A stretch of DNA of 47,121 nucleotides from a virus (Duplodnaviria > Caudoviricetes), in the IMG/VR virus record IMGVR_UViG_3300044580_000315, positions 1 through 47,121 of that record; one strand, 5' to 3'. Positions 43,111 to 47,121 of the stretch are shown here, in pieces (the stretch's first letter is position 1; every line of letters begins with the position of its first letter). The notes under the pieces are model-generated. The model had not been told where the DNA came from. It saw only the letters and a list, made by a program, of their open reading frames with translations, and did not search any database. The position numbers and the translations under genes are program-made.

Positions 43111-43858
43111 GCTAAGTTACTCTTCAGTCATAGAATTTCTTACTTGTCAGCGCAAGTGGTACTACAACCATCTTATAGGCTTGAAGCCCGTAGAAGGCAA
43201 AAGTGCTGCCTTAGTGCTCGGTTCCTTGTGGCATGAGCTGCTCGAAAGTGGCGGCAACAAGTGGCCGGAAGACGAGACTATCAAGGACAAGTTTGAGAAA
43301 GTGTATCCCATGTGGAAAGAGAAGTTTGACGCTCTTGAGCTGAAAATTCTTTCCTCTGAGATGTGGCTTGAGAAATCTTTCTGCGGCCTAACTTTTGTGG
43401 GAAAAGCTGACGGCCTTGTTGAAGACAGCGCGGGCAGGGTTCACTTGCTAGAGCACAAAAGTACTTCGGCAGCGCTGAACTTTACTATGCAGAGCCTTGA
43501 AGATTCGGATCAGCCGACCACTTACAAATGGCTTTACGATAAGCCGGTTGAGGGTATTGTGGTAACAGCGGCTTCTTTTGGCGCGATACCTTCAGTTGAG
43601 ATGGGCTTCTTGTACCGCAATAGCGACGACATAAAGGCCCTAGAAAAAGGCCTTGAGTCTGTGGTAAGCCAGATGCTGCCGCTTCTAAAAGACTCGCTGC
43701 TCTTCAAAAAGGAGGAAAAATATCAAGAATTCCCGCGAAATGGCAGCGCATGTGGCATGTATGGAGGCTGCCCTTACAGGGAGCTATGTCGACTGGGGCC
43801 AAAAAGAATGGTAGATAGTGGAAATTTCTACTTGACATCTGAGATGGAAGAGGAGTAA
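43091..43858 (+). CDS. PD-(D/E)xK exonuclease, Cas4/RecB-like with four Fe-S-type cysteines
   Basis: LSYS...F.TCQRK, G..WH, GKADG...LLEHKS, Q...Y and C....GCPY..LC. Confidence 0.85.
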   Translation: MLPSNFRLSYSSVIEFLTCQRKWYYNHLIGLKPVEGKSAALVLGSLWHELLESGGNKWPEDETIKDKFEKVYPMWKEKFDALELKILSSEMWLEKSFCGLTFVGKADGLVEDSAGRVHLLEHKSTSAALNFTMQSLEDSDQPTTYKWLYDKPVEGIVVTAASFGAIPSVEMGFLYRNSDDIKALEKGLESVVSQMLPLLKDSLLFKKEEKYQEFPRNGSACGMYGGCPYRELCRLGPKRMVDSGNFYLTSEMEEE

Positions 43859-43861
43859 ATT

Positions 43862-44623
43862 ATGGGAATGGTAACAATAAAACCTGTGGGCTACGAAGAC
43901 CTGCTCGACGACTACACAAGCGGATTCGACGGGACTTTTGCTTGTCTTTTCTACGGCTTTCCCGGCAGCGGCAAAACGCACCTCGCCGCTTCTTTCCCAA
44001 GCCCTTTCTTTATCGACACGGATCGAGGCATGAGGTCGATAAAAACTTCAGAGAAAATCCCTCGAATGCAGCTTGCTAAAGCTTCAAAGCCTTACACTGC
44101 TGTCTTGAGTGTGCTGCTTGATGCTTTGAATGACAGGGGGCCGTGGGCTCCTGGTGGTAAGTTTGCCAATGTGCAGACCATAGTGATCGACACGATAACT
44201 TCACTTGTCGATGATTTCATGCTGCCGGAAGTTATGATAGAGGGTAAAAAAGATGTCCTTGTCGATAAGGCGGGCTACGACGAATATGGCAAGATAAAAT
44301 CTCGGCTTAATACTCTAGCTTCGCTGCTCAAAGACCTTTCAGCAAAAAAATATATTGTAGTGAATGCTCTTGTTGAGGAAGAGAAGGACGAGAATACCGG
44401 TGAGCTTACCGGCAAACCTCTCATTACAGGAAAATACCGCGACAAAGCAATGGCTGACTTCGACGAAGCTTACTACCTTTACAGCCAAACCTCTATGGGC
44501 ACGACAAAGTATTTTCTTCAAGCGCAACCATACAAGTGGTTCAGAGCCAAATCAAGGCTTCTATCGGTAAAATCGATGGAAAGTCCTTCCTTTGAGAAAC
44601 TGCTGCCACTGTTGGGAAAATAA
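43862..44623 (+). CDS. Sak4-like AAA ATPase (single-strand annealing recombinase family)
   Basis: YGFPGSGKT, FIDTDRG, TIVIDTIT and AKSR motifs. Flanked by the exonuclease and SSB-like genes. Confidence 0.8.
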   Translation: MGMVTIKPVGYEDLLDDYTSGFDGTFACLFYGFPGSGKTHLAASFPSPFFIDTDRGMRSIKTSEKIPRMQLAKASKPYTAVLSVLLDALNDRGPWAPGGKFANVQTIVIDTITSLVDDFMLPEVMIEGKKDVLVDKAGYDEYGKIKSRLNTLASLLKDLSAKKYIVVNALVEEEKDENTGELTGKPLITGKYRDKAMADFDEAYYLYSQTSMGTTKYFLQAQPYKWFRAKSRLLSVKSMESPSFEKLLPLLGK

Positions 44624-44660
44624 AAGGGTAATCGTTCCCTACAAAAACGAGGAGGAAATT

Positions 44661-45071
44661 ATGGTTATCAACGTTCAAGGGCTGTCGAGCGCACCTGTCA
44701 ATCAGGCCCTCGATAAAGGTCGGTATCAGGTTCTCATTCAGGGCGCGGAGGCCATTGTCTCGGCGCAGAAGGGAACCCCTGGGGTCAAGCTCGAAGTACA
44801 GGTCACAGATGGCCCCGAGCAGGAAGGCGGTTACTCGCCAGTCGGCAAGAAGATTTTCCCTGTGATCTACTTCCCCGAGGCCGAGGGCCAGGGCAGAACT
44901 ATCGGCCTTTCGCGGCTGAAAAAGCTCTGCATTGCGGCAGGAGTGAGTCCCGACGATAATCTCGACTTGTCGGAGCTTGTGGGAAAAGAGGTCGTGGTAA
45001 GAACGACCCAGCGGGAATACAACGGCGAGCTTCAGGTAGAAGTGGTCGACTATTACCCTGTGAAACTGTAA
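44661..45071 (+). CDS. DUF669-type ssDNA-binding protein
   Basis: GRYQVLI..AE...S.KG.P...L...LK.LC.A.G...LVGK.V...Y.G pattern. GGAGG RBS. Confidence 0.75.
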   Translation: MVINVQGLSSAPVNQALDKGRYQVLIQGAEAIVSAQKGTPGVKLEVQVTDGPEQEGGYSPVGKKIFPVIYFPEAEGQGRTIGLSRLKKLCIAAGVSPDDNLDLSELVGKEVVVRTTQREYNGELQVEVVDYYPVKL

Positions 45072-45141
45072 TGGTTTTCACAGCAATGGTCATTTATGTT
45101 CTTGGATGGGTTCTATTCCACGGCATAAGCGACTGAATTGC

Positions 45142-45177
45142 AAGGCTGCACCTTAATAAGGTGTGGCCTTTTATTTT
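45142..45177 (+). terminator. Intrinsic terminator
   Basis: AAGGCTGCACCTT/AAGGTGTGGCCTT stem followed by TTATTTT. Confidence 0.7.
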
Positions 45178-45188
45178 AGGAGACAACA

Positions 45189-45467
45189 ATGAGAGAATAC
45201 TTACAGTCAATTTATTACGACATGATTCGAGAGCAGCAAAATAGAGAGCCTTATAACCCTTGGCTTGCCTTAGCCCGCGCAGTGATCCAAGAAGCCTATG
45301 AGGACCTTACGCCGCCGAAAAGCACCGGCAACCCGAAAGCCCTTATTGCCGACGCAGTAGACTTTTTCTTAGGCTGGCGCTTTGATGTATGGTCTGACGC
45401 TGCCTACTTGCCCCTCGAAGAAAGAGCCCGGCTAAAAGCTCTGGCCTCCTCCTTCTCTCCTAAATGA
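45189..45467 (+). CDS. Hypothetical protein
   Basis: AGGAG RBS. LARAVIQEAYED...A..FF...F.VW pattern. Confidence 0.65.
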   Translation: MREYLQSIYYDMIREQQNREPYNPWLALARAVIQEAYEDLTPPKSTGNPKALIADAVDFFLGWRFDVWSDAAYLPLEERARLKALASSFSPK

Positions 45468-45509
45468 GACAATATTAAAAAGTAAGTAAAAGTAAGTCAC
45501 TGTAGCTTA

Positions 45510-45539
45510 TTGACTACTTGTCAGATGTTAAGGTATCCT
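45510..45539 (+). promoter_or_regulatory. Sigma70-type promoter of the fibre/lysis operon
   Basis: TTGACT-18nt-TATCCT in the intergenic gap, followed by an AGGAGG RBS. Confidence 0.5.
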
Positions 45540-45565
45540 CTTGGTAAAGGCAGGAGGATACTTTA

Positions 45566-45919
45566 ATGGCAACAATAATTTGGCCCGCAAACACCCGAGG
45601 AACTTCGCGGCCCTACGGTTATTGGGAGCAGCAAACTCAAACCGGTGCTGGCTCTAAAGTAATTGGTGTTCATGCCGATGTGCATAAAATAGGTATGCAA
45701 GTAAAAGTATCTTCCGCTGGCAGCTACTTTGCTGAAGGAACCCTCGACTCTCCGGCGCAGATTGCCGCCGATACCGCTACTTGGTTTGACCTTTATGGCG
45801 ACGGCTCTACCGCACAGACAGCTTCGATACAGTTCCAACTCGACGGCCCTCTTACCGCAGTGAGAGTAAGGGTTGTTTCCGGTACTATGGTGCTTACTGT
45901 TGACGAAAGGAGAGTGTAA
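45566..45919 (+). CDS. Beta-rich small structural protein, probably tail-associated
   Basis: AGGAGG RBS. EGTLD...TWF...PLTAVRVRV. Coupled to the fibre gene. Confidence 0.6.
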   Translation: MATIIWPANTRGTSRPYGYWEQQTQTGAGSKVIGVHADVHKIGMQVKVSSAGSYFAEGTLDSPAQIAADTATWFDLYGDGSTAQTASIQFQLDGPLTAVRVRVVSGTMVLTVDERRV

Positions 45920-47121
45920 ATGGCTGACACTTTAGCTGGTGCTTCTTCCTTTAGGAAAAGATATCTTCCCGGTGGCGGCTCCAACGGCCAATATATAAAG
46001 AATATCAACGGCGTTCCCACTTGGTCGGATGAGACCCCTGGCGGCACTGTCACTGAAGCTGGCGCGAATGCAGCCAATGGCATTGGTGCCGACGCTGGTG
46101 CCACCCTTGCTGACAAGCTCCGAAATATTGTAGGAACTGCCACCCCAGCCGCAAACGCAATACCGAAAGCCGATAGCTCCGGCAAGCTCGACTCGTGGGT
46201 ATCTGACGCCGTGACAGCCACTGCGCTGGCATCCGCTATCGAGGGTGGTACGCCAACAACCACGCCGGACGACACAGACAAACTGCCCGGCGTCAAGAGT
46301 GACCATAGTCGACTGTACTACACATGGGCGAGCGTCAAAACCGCACTCTGGACGGCATGGGGCTCGCTCATTAACAGCGGCACGGCGAAATCTACGCCGG
46401 TAGACGCCGATGCGTTTACTCTCATGGATTCTGCTGCTTCAAACGCAACGAAAAAGCTGACATGGGCGAATCTTGTAGCAACGATAAAGACGGCGCTCGG
46501 AATTACCTATACTTCTGGCACTCTTACGGTAAACGGAAGTGCAAGCACGGCGAATATCCCCACAGCGGCGCCAACAGCGACCCCCACGGCCTCCCGTGTT
46601 CCTATCGCTGACACCAACGCCGAACTCAACGCCTGGATAAACTCCGCAAGCTTGCTTACAAAATTAAAGTCTGCTCCAAAACATATCAGTCGATATTCTG
46701 AATGTGCATCGCTTACACTTGACAAGGTAATGTTTTTCAAGGTCGCTGCTGGACGGTTTAATTTTTCGTGGAATTACGCAACGGGTCGAAGATGGTTTTT
46801 CCCAGCCGGCACCGTTGTTTACGAGACAACTACTCCAATATTAACCTCAACAGACGCACAGCCAGATGTAACAATTCCATCCAACGGCGGTTATGTTGTT
46901 TTAGTATCTGGCGCATGGGAAGGAAGCTATCAACTGAATAGAGGTTCCACATCAACATCGTTAAAAATGACATTGAGTGATCTTCCCGCATTGACCTTTT
47001 ATCTTAACCTAGTTAATTGCTCGCTTGTCACTGGTTCATTGAGTGATCTTCCCGCCCTTACCTATTATCTTGATCTAGGTAATTGCTCGCTTGTCACTGG
47101 CTCATTGAGTGATCTTCCCGC
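45920..47121 (+). CDS. Tail fibre / receptor-binding protein with C-terminal leucine-rich repeats (5' part; runs off the window end and continues at position 3)
   Basis: ATG at 45920 follows the stop of 45566..45919 and the frame stays open to the end (my translation; absent from the ORF track). Ala/Thr/Gly-rich fibre-like sequence (MADTLAGASSFRKRYLPGGGSNGQY...KLTWANLVATIK...) ending in LSDLPALTFYLNLVNCSLVTGS repeats. Confidence 0.75.
   Translation, partial: MADTLAGASSFRKRYLPGGGSNGQYIKNINGVPTWSDETPGGTVTEAGANAANGIGADAGATLADKLRNIVGTATPAANAIPKADSSGKLDSWVSDAVTATALASAIEGGTPTTTPDDTDKLPGVKSDHSRLYYTWASVKTALWTAWGSLINSGTAKSTPVDADAFTLMDSAASNATKKLTWANLVATIKTALGITYTSGTLTVNGSASTANIPTAAPTATPTASRVPIADTNAELNAWINSASLLTKLKSAPKHISRYSECASLTLDKVMFFKVAAGRFNFSWNYATGRRWFFPAGTVVYETTTPILTSTDAQPDVTIPSNGGYVVLVSGAWEGSYQLNRGSTSTSLKMTLSDLPALTFYLNLVNCSLVTGSLSDLPALTYYLDLGNCSLVTGSLSDLP
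46973..47121 (+). repeat. 66-bp tandem repeat encoding a 22-aa LRR (units start at 46973, 47039, 47105; the last continues at 1-59)
   Basis: TTGAGTGATCTTCCCGC recurs every 66 nt, as does AATTGCTCGCTTGTCACTGG. Positions 47112-47121 equal positions 1-10. Confidence 0.95.

Larger units (their letters stand above)
3061..45463. repeat. Genome-wide dispersed motif, consensus AGGAGAGAGGAGGAG(A/C)C, about 22 copies on both strands
   Basis: Copies are listed in the first finding. They include two pairs of exact 20-21 nt matches in unrelated genes. Confidence 0.9.

Noticed and set aside
43091-43858. CRISPR-Cas locus based on the Cas4-like nuclease
   Set aside because: No cas1, cas2 or array. Its context (Sak4-like ATPase, DUF669) is the standard phage recombination module.
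45920-47121. Complete diversity-generating retroelement acting on the LRR fibre
   Set aside because: No reverse transcriptase motifs and no separate template repeat found in the window. Only the codon pattern is suggestive.
1-47121. Temperate lifestyle, protelomerase-type linear plasmid prophage, or recoded genetic code
   Set aside because: No integrase, protelomerase, Par system or clear CI repressor recognised. Genes are full-length and densely packed in the standard code, using all three stop codons.

Overview
The window looks like an essentially complete, circularly permuted ~47 kb tailed phage genome of podovirus type. Both ends fall inside one 66-bp tandem repeat and share the 10-mer ATCTTCCCGC. 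A minus-strand morphogenesis operon (32052->10914) encodes a HExxH peptidase, GroES, TerS, TerL, portal, scaffold, major capsid, adaptor, nozzle and three ejection-type proteins. A ~1.1 kb non-coding region (32765-33869) holds a ~760-bp degenerate inverted repeat centred on a TA tract. Plus-strand early genes follow, including tRNA-Gln, a tRNA-like RNA, four tandem paralogs, a class-3 lipase and a Cas4-like/Sak4-like/DUF669 module. Next come an LRR-tipped fibre spanning the contig join, a lysis cassette, a second fibre, and a replication block (QueE-like relic, UDG-PolA fusion, DUF3987-type helicase). I recognised no integrase, primase or reverse transcriptase. The main unexplained signals are: (1) a ~18-20 bp polypurine motif, AGGAGAGAGGAGGAG(A/C)C, present about 22 times genome-wide in many reading frames; (2) the symmetric origin-like element; (3) the variable LRR array; (4) two shortened solitary type I-C CRISPR-repeat look-alikes. 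All family calls come from motif recognition by eye, not from database searches.
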